Shown: positions 20,167 to 29,300 of the stretch, piece after piece
How the letters are laid out: each line of letters opens with the position of its first letter
Position numbering within the stretch: the stretch's first letter is position 1
Assembly (NCBI GenBank): GCA_965203055.1
Contig: OZ241863.1
Location: 4,416,001 to 4,480,000 of the forward strand
DNA: 64,000 nt
Reading direction: 5' to 3'
From: Spirochaetia bacterium
GTDB lineage: Bacteria > Spirochaetota > Spirochaetia > SZUA-6 > Bin103
Program-made: the position numbers and the translations under genes
Notes under the pieces: model-generated
The model's database searches: none
The model's input: only the letters and a program-made list of their open reading frames with translations
Told to the model about the DNA's origin: nothing

Positions 20167-21328
20167 GGTGGAGCTCCCTCCTGTGGGGCGCACTCACGTC
20201 TTTGTGCACCCGTATGTGAGAGATGTATGGGCCGTTTTCATGTCGATAATAGCTTCGCAGCGCGAAATCTTCACGGTATAGTGAAGTCGCGTCGAGGCTG
20301 GCCAGGGTAGGGGAGGTAGGAATTAGCGCCGTGTGGTACGGCCATTCTCGCAAGAGCCAGTCGATCGCGGCGAACAGGGAGAGTCGCGGTTTGCGCTGCC
20401 CTTCACAGTAGCGCTTGATCAGGTCATGGATGGAGAACATGGTCCATTCGGCGGACGTTCTAAGCGAGAGTAACGCTTGGACCGTTTCCGCGACGGATGC
20501 GGCGGCAGGAGCGGATTGAGACAGGGGGAACATGGTAGTGCTTGCCCCGCTCAGAGAGCAGTATTCGTCGATGAGATGCAATTGGTCGCGAGCCCAATAG
20601 CGCAGCCCGTACATGATCGCAGTCTTGCTAACGCGTGACGAGTACTGCGTGGTTCGGCCGGTCGTCTTGTTGCGAATTACCACGGCGGTCGTTCCGTCGG
20701 ATGACCGGTGGTGCCACCACGTGACGGAGAGACTGTCGTGGCGAAAATCAGCCGCTGAAATCGGTACAGCATGCGACGGCATAAAATAGTCAAAAAATGA
20801 CGATCGGCAATCCTCGTTGCGCAGGACCAACCCGGCAAATCGGTCGCACGCGTCTGGGTGCAACGACTGGTCGCCATTGGGCGGATGGGGCAAGCGTAAC
20901 AGTTCGCGTACCTCGGGATCGTCGATATTCGCGCGCAGCGTTCGTCCTGCTCGTATGAGTATGCGCAGACGCAGCAGGGTATTCCGATAGTGGTAAAGGG
21001 TCGTGGGGGCTGGCCGGGGATTGCGCGGTGTGAGTGTAAGTCCCTTGGTCAGAACGAGATCGTTGATTTCCTTTACGGTGAGGCCGTGCGGATTGTCGGC
21101 TACCGCGCTCAGGATGCGGTGGAGCCCGGCGAAGGAGACGGAGCGCATCCAATAGGCGCCTTGCGGCGGTGTATCAGGCGGTGGCGCCCCGTCGATTCGG
21201 ATAGTGTCCGTTGGCGTCTGCACCGTGCCCACGCAGGGCCGAGGATACGACGTGAGGGCCGTCGTAGTCCAAGGGTTACGGAGGGGACCCCGTCCGCCGC
21301 GGCGCTCGCGTTGCGCGTGGCGGTTCAT
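20147..21328 (-). CDS. Hypothetical protein directly downstream of the DUF1156 methylase
   Basis: ~393-codon ORF with TGATG overlap with the methylase stop; lower GC; no family confidently recognised; true start may be further downstream. Confidence 0.7.
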   Translation of the reverse strand: MNRHAQRERRGGRGPLRNPWTTTALTSYPRPCVGTVQTPTDTIRIDGAPPPDTPPQGAYWMRSVSFAGLHRILSAVADNPHGLTVKEINDLVLTKGLTLTPRNPRPAPTTLYHYRNTLLRLRILIRAGRTLRANIDDPEVRELLRLPHPPNGDQSLHPDACDRFAGLVLRNEDCRSSFFDYFMPSHAVPISAADFRHDSLSVTWWHHRSSDGTTAVVIRNKTTGRTTQYSSRVSKTAIMYGLRYWARDQLHLIDEYCSLSGASTTMFPLSQSAPAAASVAETVQALLSLRTSAEWTMFSIHDLIKRYCEGQRKPRLSLFAAIDWLLREWPYHTALIPTSPTLASLDATSLYREDFALRSYYRHENGPYISHIRVHKDVSAPHRRELHHAQHAS

Positions 21329-24231
21329 CAATTACCAGGGTCTCCGGGGTCGGCGTTCAGTGACAGCTCGGTCTGGCGCAGCCGCGCCTCCGTCACGGCG
21401 AGCCTGCTGATTTCCGGCCAGCTCTTTACCAGCCCGTTGTAGTCCAGCGCCTCGGCGGCGCGCTTCCTGCGTTCGCTCACCGTGTACAGCCGGTAGCACA
21501 GCTCGCGGGCGAGGCCGGCGACGCCGCGGAGTCGGCGCAGCAGTGCGGCCGCGGCCATCTCCCCGCCCTGCCCCACGACGCGGATCAGATGGTGCACCGC
21601 CTCCCAGGCCGTGAGGCGGTCGTCTGTCGCCGGGTCCCAGTCCGCGGGCAACTCCTGCGGGCGCAGCAGGCGCACGCTCCCGGCCTGCGAATGGATGATG
21701 CCGGCCTGCACCATGCCGCTGACGCTGGTGTTCTTGGCGGTGGCCAGGGTCTCCGCGCTGCCGTACTCCCCGGCCTCGAAGCCATGCTGGTCGAACCACG
21801 CCAGCGCCCAGCGGCTATCGGTATCGAAGTCGCCCTCCTGCGCGGCCAGGATCTCGTCGAGCGTCTGATTGATGAGGGCGAGGGCCTCGCCCACGGTGAC
21901 GCGGTTGCCGTCGCCGTGCAACACCCTGGCGTAGCGGGTGAAGATCGCCATGCCGGGGCCGATGGCGGCCTGCGCGAGGTCAACGGGGGCGACGTTGCCG
22001 CGTTGCAGGTGTACGAGGGCCGGCGGCAGTTCCTCCTTCAGAGCGTCAATGAGCTCCCGGCGCGAGCCGAGCGGCGCATCGTCCGGCCGCCGCCGGCAGA
22101 CCAGGACGATGCTGGAGGCGAGCGCATTGGAAGCCATGCCTCTCATCCGGCGGCTGAGCTCCGTTCGCATCGGCCAAGTACCGCTGATTCCGAAGCCGGA
22201 GCTGATCACGGCTTCCAGAAACGTCTCCCAGCCGGTGCTGGAGACGCCGCGGTCGTCGCGGCTCTCCGCCTGCTTGAACGCGTAATAGATCGTCGTCGGA
22301 AACGCGGGATGCGTCTCCTGAGCCAAACGCTTCATCGCCTGTGTCATGCTGTTCATGAAGAACGCCTCGGCTTGCGCCGCGGTGCCGTGGCGAATAGGAG
22401 TCGCGACTATCTCCTCCACCTTCGGCACGGCGATCGTGGTGAAAATATCCGGTATAACCGAACGCAGCGAACGTCGCAGCCAGACATAGAAGAAGTCAGA
22501 AAGGTCTGCATAACCGATATTGTCGTAGTACGGTGGATCGGTGGAAATGATTTTCGCCGATAAAGAATCGCGAGCGCGAGCATCCTGTTGGTCGCTACGA
22601 CCGAGCAAACGCGACGACAGAGAGGCAATACTGGAACCGATCGAGGATATACCGCCTTCGAAGTTACCGCTCGATTCTGACAGGGGGTTACTCTCAGCGA
22701 AATCCCAGACCATGGGGATAGCCTGTCTACCGAACGTGTTGCGCGCATGTTCCCGCAGACTCGCCCATGCGCACACGGTGGAGTTTCGATCCGCAACCTT
22801 ATCCACGGCGAACGCCAGATACACCGACACAGCGTCGGCGTAGGCGATAGCTCCGTCATCCGCGGCATGAAGGGGCCGGCCGTCGTCGAGAAGGCCGGCG
22901 GCGACGGCGTGTTGCCGTATGCGGTCGCGCGTCGCTGCTACCAAGTCGGAGAAGGTATTGAGCGCGACGAGCTGCCGGGACGTAAACAGGTCGCCCCAGG
23001 TCTTCATGCCGTAGCCGCCCACGCGAAACCCGAGTGCCTGCTGGAAGAACTCCAAATCCGGCGTCCAGTCTGGACAAGCGTCAAGTGCGACGGCTTCATG
23101 CTCGACAGTCGGCGCGACATATGTCCGACCACGATCGCCCTCCGCAACGATCGCCAGCAGCCGCGCGCCCATGCGGCCGGCCATGCCTTCGGCCTTGATG
23201 TAGTCCGGCGGGATCGGCACGCCCGACACCAGGCAGCGGAAGTTGGCGCCGCGCGCCAGCTTGGTGCCGGCCTTGGCCGCAGCCGCGTCGGGCGGCGCGC
23301 CGACCTTGACCGTGAAGCGGTAGCGGTAACCGTCCGCGCCGATCACCGGTTCGACGTACGCTTCCTTGCCCTGCTTGGTGGACAGCATGAAGGTGGAGAC
23401 CAGCGGCACCTCCACCTGCGCGAACGCCGGGTTGGGGCTCTTGACCGTGCGCGCCCACAGCCACGCGATCACCGTCAGCTCACGCCCGGCGTAGGGCAAC
23501 AGATCGGGGCGTTCCCGCACCATCTCGTCGGTTACCGCGACCTTGGGATAGAGATGGCCGATGCGCCGCTCCGCCTCCTCCCGCATCCAGCGCCCATAGC
23601 AGCGCACGTCCTCCGCCAAGCCGCGCGCGCCGGTCCACGTCGCGCCCAGCAGTTCCCCTTCCGACCGCGCTTCAGGGTGCACCGGGGGGCGCCCGGCGAA
23701 CTTCGGCGGGAGCTCGATCATCGCCTTGTTGATCAGCACGGCCACCGGGTTCAGGTCGCTGGCGTGCGCCTCCAGGCCGAGCCGCTGCGCTTCCAGCGGC
23801 AGCGCGCCGCCGCCGGCGAACGGGTCGTGAAACGGCGGCAGGCGCTCCGGGTCGAGCAGCTCGGCCGCGCGCGGATGATCGGCGTGGTCGGCGCAGGCGC
23901 GCCGCCAGCATGCGCGGATTTCGTCGCGCGCCGCCTGCAGCACCTCCTCGTTGGTGGTGTTCTCCCACTTGACCAGCGCTTCGATCAGATCGAATAGCCG
24001 CTGCCGCTCCCGGTCCTGCTCCTGCTCGGTGGGGAAGAGCTCCGGGTGGCTGGAGGGATCGTCGACCAGTTGCGCGAAGATGACGGCGCGGGCGGCCGCC
24101 AGCGGGCGCCGCGCCCACCACAGATGCAGGGTGCTGGGGTGGCCGTGGCGGATCGACTTCTCGCGCGCCGCGGCGGCGTTGATGGCGTCCAACGGCAGCG
24201 CCACCTCGATCAGCTTCTTGCGGACGGTCAT
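21328..24231 (-). CDS. DUF1156 domain adenine-specific DNA methyltransferase
   Basis: [24 protein letters not shown] motif DPFAGGG, catalytic [14 protein letters not shown]. Confidence 0.93.
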   Translation of the reverse strand: MTVRKKLIEVALPLDAINAAAAREKSIRHGHPSTLHLWWARRPLAAARAVIFAQLVDDPSSHPELFPTEQEQDRERQRLFDLIEALVKWENTTNEEVLQAARDEIRACWRRACADHADHPRAAELLDPERLPPFHDPFAGGGALPLEAQRLGLEAHASDLNPVAVLINKAMIELPPKFAGRPPVHPEARSEGELLGATWTGARGLAEDVRCYGRWMREEAERRIGHLYPKVAVTDEMVRERPDLLPYAGRELTVIAWLWARTVKSPNPAFAQVEVPLVSTFMLSTKQGKEAYVEPVIGADGYRYRFTVKVGAPPDAAAAKAGTKLARGANFRCLVSGVPIPPDYIKAEGMAGRMGARLLAIVAEGDRGRTYVAPTVEHEAVALDACPDWTPDLEFFQQALGFRVGGYGMKTWGDLFTSRQLVALNTFSDLVAATRDRIRQHAVAAGLLDDGRPLHAADDGAIAYADAVSVYLAFAVDKVADRNSTVCAWASLREHARNTFGRQAIPMVWDFAESNPLSESSGNFEGGISSIGSSIASLSSRLLGRSDQQDARARDSLSAKIISTDPPYYDNIGYADLSDFFYVWLRRSLRSVIPDIFTTIAVPKVEEIVATPIRHGTAAQAEAFFMNSMTQAMKRLAQETHPAFPTTIYYAFKQAESRDDRGVSSTGWETFLEAVISSGFGISGTWPMRTELSRRMRGMASNALASSIVLVCRRRPDDAPLGSRRELIDALKEELPPALVHLQRGNVAPVDLAQAAIGPGMAIFTRYARVLHGDGNRVTVGEALALINQTLDEILAAQEGDFDTDSRWALAWFDQHGFEAGEYGSAETLATAKNTSVSGMVQAGIIHSQAGSVRLLRPQELPADWDPATDDRLTAWEAVHHLIRVVGQGGEMAAAALLRRLRGVAGLARELCYRLYTVSERRKRAAEALDYNGLVKSWPEISRLAVTEARLRQTELSLNADPGDPGN

Positions 24232-24375
24232 GCTACCGCGGGAACGGCGGCTCCATCCATCGGTGCAACTCGTCGTTCGCCTTCTCCCGATTCGCCTGCG
24301 CCGTCACCCGCCGCCTGAGGCATAGACATCGCTGCCATCGCCTTCCATGATACGCTATCATCTGACAAGGCGGCC

Positions 24376-24656
24376 ATGGCGCTGACATTCGAGTGGGATG
24401 ATGCCAAAGCCCGGGCCAACGTGCGCAAGCACGGTGTACGGTTCGAGGAGGCGGCCACCGCATTTGGCGACGTCCTATCCGTCACCGTTGCCGACCCGGA
24501 TCACTCGCTTGATGAGGATCGGTTCATACTATTGGGTATGACCCAGCAGGATCGGCTGTGGTCGTTGCGCACACCGAACGCGGCGCCACTATTCGGCTGA
24601 TCAACGCTCGACTGGCGACAGCCAAGGAACGGAAGGGATATGAGGAAGGAACCTGA
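24376..24656 (+). pseudogene. brnT: BrnT (DUF497) toxin with 1-nt deletion frameshift
   Basis: FEWDDAKARANVRKHGV.FEEA...DPDHS.DEDRF..LG; after CTG-TG at 24556-24560 the conserved tail VVAHTERGATIRLINARLATAKERKGYEEGT* continues in another frame to TGA 24654-24656. Confidence 0.85.
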
Positions 24657-24855
24657 GCTGGAAGGCGGTGACGAATTGCGGGATGAGTACGACTTTTCGC
24701 AGGGAGTGCGCGGCAAGTACGCCGGCCGGTATTCTGACGGTGCAAACGTCGTCATCCTCGATCCGGACATCGCCAAGGTGTTTCGCACCTCGGAGGCCGT
24801 AAACAACGCGCTGCGAGCGCTGGTGGACGCGGCGAACCGGACGGTTGGCTCGTAG
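24640..24855 (+). CDS. brnA: BrnA-like antitoxin
   Basis: DELRDEYDFSQGVRGKY...V.LDPD.AKVF..SEAVN.ALR pattern; overlaps the toxin end. Confidence 0.8.
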   Translation: MRKEPELEGGDELRDEYDFSQGVRGKYAGRYSDGANVVILDPDIAKVFRTSEAVNNALRALVDAANRTVGS

Positions 24856-24894
24856 CGGGTACTGCGACCGTTGCGCTCGGCGCACGGACGTACT

Positions 24895-26130
24895 TCACAG
24901 CACCTTCCACCAGGGGGCGGCGAGCACGCCGGGGGCCAGCCATTCGAGCGTGGTGCCGGTGTGCAGCAGCAGTCCGGCCCGGGCCTGCTCGCCGTATTCG
25001 GCCCGGAAGGTGCGCAGATGCGCCGCCGCGCCGAGCCGCGGGCGGCTGGTCGCCTTGACCTCGACCGGCAGCAGACGAGCGCCGGTCTCGATCACGAAGT
25101 CCACCTCCTCGCCGCCCGCGGTCCGCCAGTAGAGTACCTCGGCGCGGTCGAGGCGCGCGTCGCGCCAGGCCAGCAGGTCCTGCAGCACCAGGTTTTCCAG
25201 ATACGCGCCGGGAACTTCGCCGGCGCCGGAGCCGGCGCCGGCCACGTGCAGAGCCAGCCCGGTATCGGCCCAGTAGAGCCGGGGCGCCTTGATCAGCCGC
25301 TTGGTGCGGTTCACCGCGTAGGCCGGTACCCGCACCAGGAGATAGGAGGTCTCGAGCAGGTTGAGATAGCGGTGAACGGTCGGCTGCGGCAGCGCCGTGT
25401 CGCGCCCCAGTTCGGTCTGGTTGACGAGCTGGCCGAGCCGCAGCGCGGCAGCGCGCACCAGGCGCCGGAAGTCCGGCAGCGCAGCGATGGAGGAGAGCGA
25501 CTGCAGGTCGCGTTCGAGATAGGTGGTCACGTAGCCGTCGAACCACACCGCCCGCTCGCGTGCGGTCTCCATGCGCAAGGCCGGCACCGGAAAGCCGCCG
25601 CGGCGGGCCAGCTCGCGCCAATCGTCCGGCTCGCCGGGCTGCGCGGCCACCAGGTCGGGCCACTCCGCGTCCGGCGTTGCCAGCAACTCTTCCCAGATGC
25701 CGCAGCGGCCGAGTCCCCGCAGTTCGCGCCGCGTCATCGGCCACAGAGTGAGATAGCTCGCGCGGCCGGCGAGCGACTCCGCCACGCGGCGCATGAGGAG
25801 CAGGTTCGCCGAGCCGCTGAGCAGGAACTGCCCCGGCCGGCGTCGGCGGTCGATGGCCCGCTTGATGGCCAGCAGCAGCTCGGGGGCGCGCTGCACCTCG
25901 TCCAGGGTGACCGGCTCGGCCCCGCCCACGAGCGCCTCCGGGTCGCGCCGCGCCGCGTCCAGCACGTCCAGGTCGTCCAGCGACAGGAACCGCCGCCGGC
26001 CCGGCGTGAGGTCCTGCGCCAGCGTGCTCTTGCCGGTCTGCCGCGCCCCGGTCACCACCACCGCGGGCATTACGTTCAGGCGGTCGCGCAGGCTGCCGGC
26101 GACGTGCCGGGGAAGCGTACCGGTATTCAT
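24895..26130 (-). CDS. ATP-binding protein, AAA_14 + DUF4143 family
   Basis: GARQTGKST, LDEVQRAP, LSGSA, ESLAGR, GGFP, K.P.LY..DTGL, YWRT..G.EVDFV, VEVK; start at ATG 26130 (alternative 26148). Confidence 0.92.
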   Translation of the reverse strand: MNTGTLPRHVAGSLRDRLNVMPAVVVTGARQTGKSTLAQDLTPGRRRFLSLDDLDVLDAARRDPEALVGGAEPVTLDEVQRAPELLLAIKRAIDRRRRPGQFLLSGSANLLLMRRVAESLAGRASYLTLWPMTRRELRGLGRCGIWEELLATPDAEWPDLVAAQPGEPDDWRELARRGGFPVPALRMETARERAVWFDGYVTTYLERDLQSLSSIAALPDFRRLVRAAALRLGQLVNQTELGRDTALPQPTVHRYLNLLETSYLLVRVPAYAVNRTKRLIKAPRLYWADTGLALHVAGAGSGAGEVPGAYLENLVLQDLLAWRDARLDRAEVLYWRTAGGEEVDFVIETGARLLPVEVKATSRPRLGAAAHLRTFRAEYGEQARAGLLLHTGTTLEWLAPGVLAAPWWKVL

Positions 26131-26161
26131 GCCGTGAATGATAATCATTCACGGCATGAAT
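26125..26161. promoter_or_regulatory. Perfect 18-bp-arm inverted repeat over the start of the DUF4143 ATPase gene
   Basis: ATTCATGCCGTGAATGAT-A-ATCATTCACGGCATGAAT; TATAGT -10-like hexamer immediately upstream on the minus strand. Confidence 0.75.
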
Positions 26162-26303
26162 GACTATAGATCGTACGGAGTGCCGTGTACGGCCCGGTCC
26201 GTAGCCGGGTAGACAGCCGGCTGATGAGAATTGTACTGTACTGTTGAAGCGCGACGCACGAGGTGTGATGTGAGCAGAAGGCACGGTAAAGCCGTGTCCA
26301 CTA

Positions 26304-27029
26304 TTGACCATGATTGACGAGAGTAATGCGATTCGTAAAGTGTCGGAGAAGTGGGGTTTTGGAATGGCGCCACCAAAGACGAATATTCATATGGATCGCA
26401 TTGCGGCGTGTAATCTTTGTCTAGAGATACTGTGTTCGAGAACACTCCGGGAATCGGAACCACAAACCTTACAGTCCCTAAGTACGGTAAAGGGTCTGTT
26501 CAATCGTATCGTTCGAGAAGACCAATGGGATTGGTTCACCGTTTCTGCGCAACTAGGATACCCATCGCGTCAATTGTCAAGGGTAATAGCGAACGAAATA
26601 GCATTGCTCCGGAGCGCGATAGCGAATAATAACCATGTCACGTTCAATCGCACATGTGCCCGTTTGTGTCGTATACCGACACGAGTTTGCCTATCGAGAT
26701 TCCTCGGTAAGGCAAGCGTCTACAGGAAGCCCGGAGCCGGATGGATATATGTGCTTTCGACGAGAGAGTTACGCGACTTGCTGAAAATAGGGATGACTAC
26801 TCGGGGAGTGGAGCACCGAGCTCGAGAGATCAATCGGGCAACAGGTGTGGCAATTCCTTTTGGAGTGAGGCGTTGTTGGCTTGTGTCTGATCCCACGAAG
26901 GCTGAAAGAATTATTCATCGACGCCTTCACAGATTCCGTCTTCGGGATGACAGGGAGTTTTTTCGGGTATCGTTCATAGAAGCGGTGCAGATAATAGATG
27001 CGGTGATGCGCGAGGAGTCACTTGAATAG
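26304..27029 (+). CDS. GIY-YIG nuclease family protein (T5orf172/MUG113-like C-terminal domain)
   Basis: GWIYVLS...LLKIGMTTR.VE.RA.EI..ATGV..PF...E..IH..L..FR....REFF; markedly lower GC. Confidence 0.85.
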   Translation: MTMIDESNAIRKVSEKWGFGMAPPKTNIHMDRIAACNLCLEILCSRTLRESEPQTLQSLSTVKGLFNRIVREDQWDWFTVSAQLGYPSRQLSRVIANEIALLRSAIANNNHVTFNRTCARLCRIPTRVCLSRFLGKASVYRKPGAGWIYVLSTRELRDLLKIGMTTRGVEHRAREINRATGVAIPFGVRRCWLVSDPTKAERIIHRRLHRFRLRDDREFFRVSFIEAVQIIDAVMREESLE

Positions 27030-27147
27030 GAACTTTGGACGCTCTGGTTGAGTTGAGCAACGTAGCCGGCCAACAGTATAGCACGAAGCGCGCTCCTAGT
27101 AGTCGGCCTTATGAGTCTCCATCGAGCGCCTGATCGTCCGCGGGCGA

Positions 27148-27693
27148 CTACATGCCCCACACGGTGACCGGTCGGCCGGCGGCGGATTCGGTGCGGCGGA
27201 ACACCTTGTCGTTCCACGACCTGCCGGCGGTGCGGTCGAACAGCACCAAGTGGCCTTCGGCGGCCGCGTAGCGGTCCATGTAGGCGCGCGTCTGCGCCAG
27301 CCCGGTGCGGATGGTTTCGTCCCGACTGCGGCGCACCAGCTTGCACTCGATCACCATCCGGCGCGTGCGTTCCAGAGGCGCGCCGGCCGGCCAGACGATC
27401 AGCAGGTCGGTGCGCATCCGTCCCAGCCCGTACTCGCGCTCCACCCGGCCGCCCGGAGTTGACCACGCGCTGCAGGAACGCCTGCAGCAGCAACTGCGGT
27501 CCCGCCTCCCGATACTGGAACCGCTCGATCCAGTGCTCGGAATGCTCGCGAAAGAAGGTCTGAAACGCAACCAGCAGGTCGGCGAGCCGCAGCTCCCCGC
27601 TTCGTCTACGTACCAGGCGGGGGCGTGCGTAAGGCCGGCCTGCGTGGTCCAGGCAAGGTCGCGCGGGGTCACCTCCCGGTAGATCGGATTGGC
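27148..27693 (-). pseudogene. 5'-truncated fragment of an ATP-binding/PD-(D/E)XK protein with two compensating frameshifts
   Basis: Reconstructed ANPIYREV.PR...WY...LL..FQ.FFREHSE.W.ERFQY.EAGPQLLLQAFLQRVVN.GGRVEREYGLGR.RTDL...IECK...VWGM*; -1 near 27596 and +1 near 27453. Confidence 0.8.
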
Positions 27694-27713
27694 CTCCTTA
27701 CGTCTCTCTTACG

Positions 27714-29261
27714 TCAGCCGGCGGCCACCTCGAAGGCCGTCACGTTGCGCGTCTCGCGGCTGAACTCCACCCCGATCAGGTGGATCGGCTCCCCCCGACC
27801 GCGGTACTTGGCCGCGTAGCCGCGCTCCCGCAACTGCGCCAGCGCTCCCCCCGGCGGCGCCGTCTCCACCACCTTGAACTCGAACAGATACACGTGCCCG
27901 CCGGTCCGCACCGCCATGTCCAGCCGCCCGACCGCGCTCGACTCCTCCACCACGATGTCGTACCCCAGTGCCGCGAAGTAGGAATAGAACACGCTCGCGT
28001 AGTACCCCTCGTAGCGCGCGATGTCGTTGTTGGTGTGCCATTCATACGGGATGCCGGCGAAGAAGGCGTGGAACAACTCCCGCAGGCCGGCGCAGTCGTG
28101 CGCTTCCAGCAGGCGCGCCAGACGGATGCTGTTCGCGGTCTGCCGTCTGGTGTCCTGCACCAGCCGGCGCAGCAGCACCCGGTTCAGGCTCTGCCGCACT
28201 TCCCGGTTCGGATAGCCCAGCCGATACAGCGGCAACCCGCCCAGCTCTTCCTCCCCCGTGATCGTCAGGTAGCCGGTCTGGAACAGCAGCGCCTCGGTGC
28301 CGATGTGCTCCACGTCGAACGCCGACAGCAGGTCGTCGGTGCCGACCATCTCCTGCAGCGAGACCGACGACACCCGCCGCTCGAACAGCGTGTCGACCAG
28401 GAACGCCGGCGTGCCGGTCTCGAACCAGTGGGCGGCGAACTTGCGGCGGCGCAGCAGCAGCAGCACGTCGAAGGGGTTGTAGACCGATTCCTCGCCCAGC
28501 CAGCGATAGCCGTTGTACCAGTCGCGCACCCGTTCCCGGTCCAGTCCGTCGAGCTCCGGGGCGAACACGGTGTCCAGGTCACCCTCGGTATAGCCGCAGA
28601 TCGAGGAGAAGGCTGGGTCCAGCGTGATGTCGGTGAGGTTGTTGAGATCGGAGAACAGGTTGACCTTGGAGAACTTGCTCACCCCGGTCAGGAACGTGAA
28701 CCGCAGGTGCGCGTCGCAGTCCTTGATCACGCCGTACACGCCGCGCAGGTAGTCGCGGTTGGCGCGCGCCACTGGCGGCGTGTCCAGCGCTTCCAGGATC
28801 GGCTTGTCGTACTCGTCCACCAACACCGCGACCCGTTGCCCGCTGCGTTCGTGCAGCGACCTGATCAGATAGCCGAACCGCTCCGGCGCGGTGTCGTAGC
28901 GGGGGCGCACGCCGGCCGCCTGCTCCAGGCCGTCCAACTGCGTGGCCAGGTTGGCGTGCAGCTGGCCCGGCTCCTTGAAGTGGCCGCCGGCAAAGCTCAA
29001 CCGCACCACCGGATGTCGTTCCGACCAGTTCCAGCCGGCGTGGACGTGGAGCCCGGCGAACAGCGGCTCGTTGCCTTCGAACAGTTCCTTCAGCGTGTCC
29101 AGGAACAGGCTCTTGCCGAACCGCCGCGGGCGCGACAGGAAGTAGTGCGTACCTTCGTCGAGCAGCCGTTCGATGAAGGCGGTCTTGTCCACGTAGTAGC
29201 AGTTCTCCTCCCGCAGCTTGCGGAAGGTCTGGATGCCGATCGGCAGGCGGCGCTTGGTCAT
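27714..29261 (-). CDS. AAA-ATPase-like + PD-(D/E)XK (PDDEXK_9) nuclease domain protein
   Basis: RLPIGIQTF, YYVDKT, LSRPRRFGKSL, LVDEYDKP, TGVSKF, WYNGY, YNPF, GRLDM...LFEFK. Confidence 0.93.
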   Translation of the reverse strand: MTKRRLPIGIQTFRKLREENCYYVDKTAFIERLLDEGTHYFLSRPRRFGKSLFLDTLKELFEGNEPLFAGLHVHAGWNWSERHPVVRLSFAGGHFKEPGQLHANLATQLDGLEQAAGVRPRYDTAPERFGYLIRSLHERSGQRVAVLVDEYDKPILEALDTPPVARANRDYLRGVYGVIKDCDAHLRFTFLTGVSKFSKVNLFSDLNNLTDITLDPAFSSICGYTEGDLDTVFAPELDGLDRERVRDWYNGYRWLGEESVYNPFDVLLLLRRRKFAAHWFETGTPAFLVDTLFERRVSSVSLQEMVGTDDLLSAFDVEHIGTEALLFQTGYLTITGEEELGGLPLYRLGYPNREVRQSLNRVLLRRLVQDTRRQTANSIRLARLLEAHDCAGLRELFHAFFAGIPYEWHTNNDIARYEGYYASVFYSYFAALGYDIVVEESSAVGRLDMAVRTGGHVYLFEFKVVETAPPGGALAQLRERGYAAKYRGRGEPIHLIGVEFSRETRNVTAFEVAAG

Positions 29262-29300
29262 CGGCTCAATCGTACCACGTCAGCCGCGCGCGGTGGGGGC

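Noticed and set aside
27020..27110. Possible frameshifted extension of the GIY-YIG gene past TAG 27029
   Set aside because: The domain already looks complete; cannot be supported without homologue alignment
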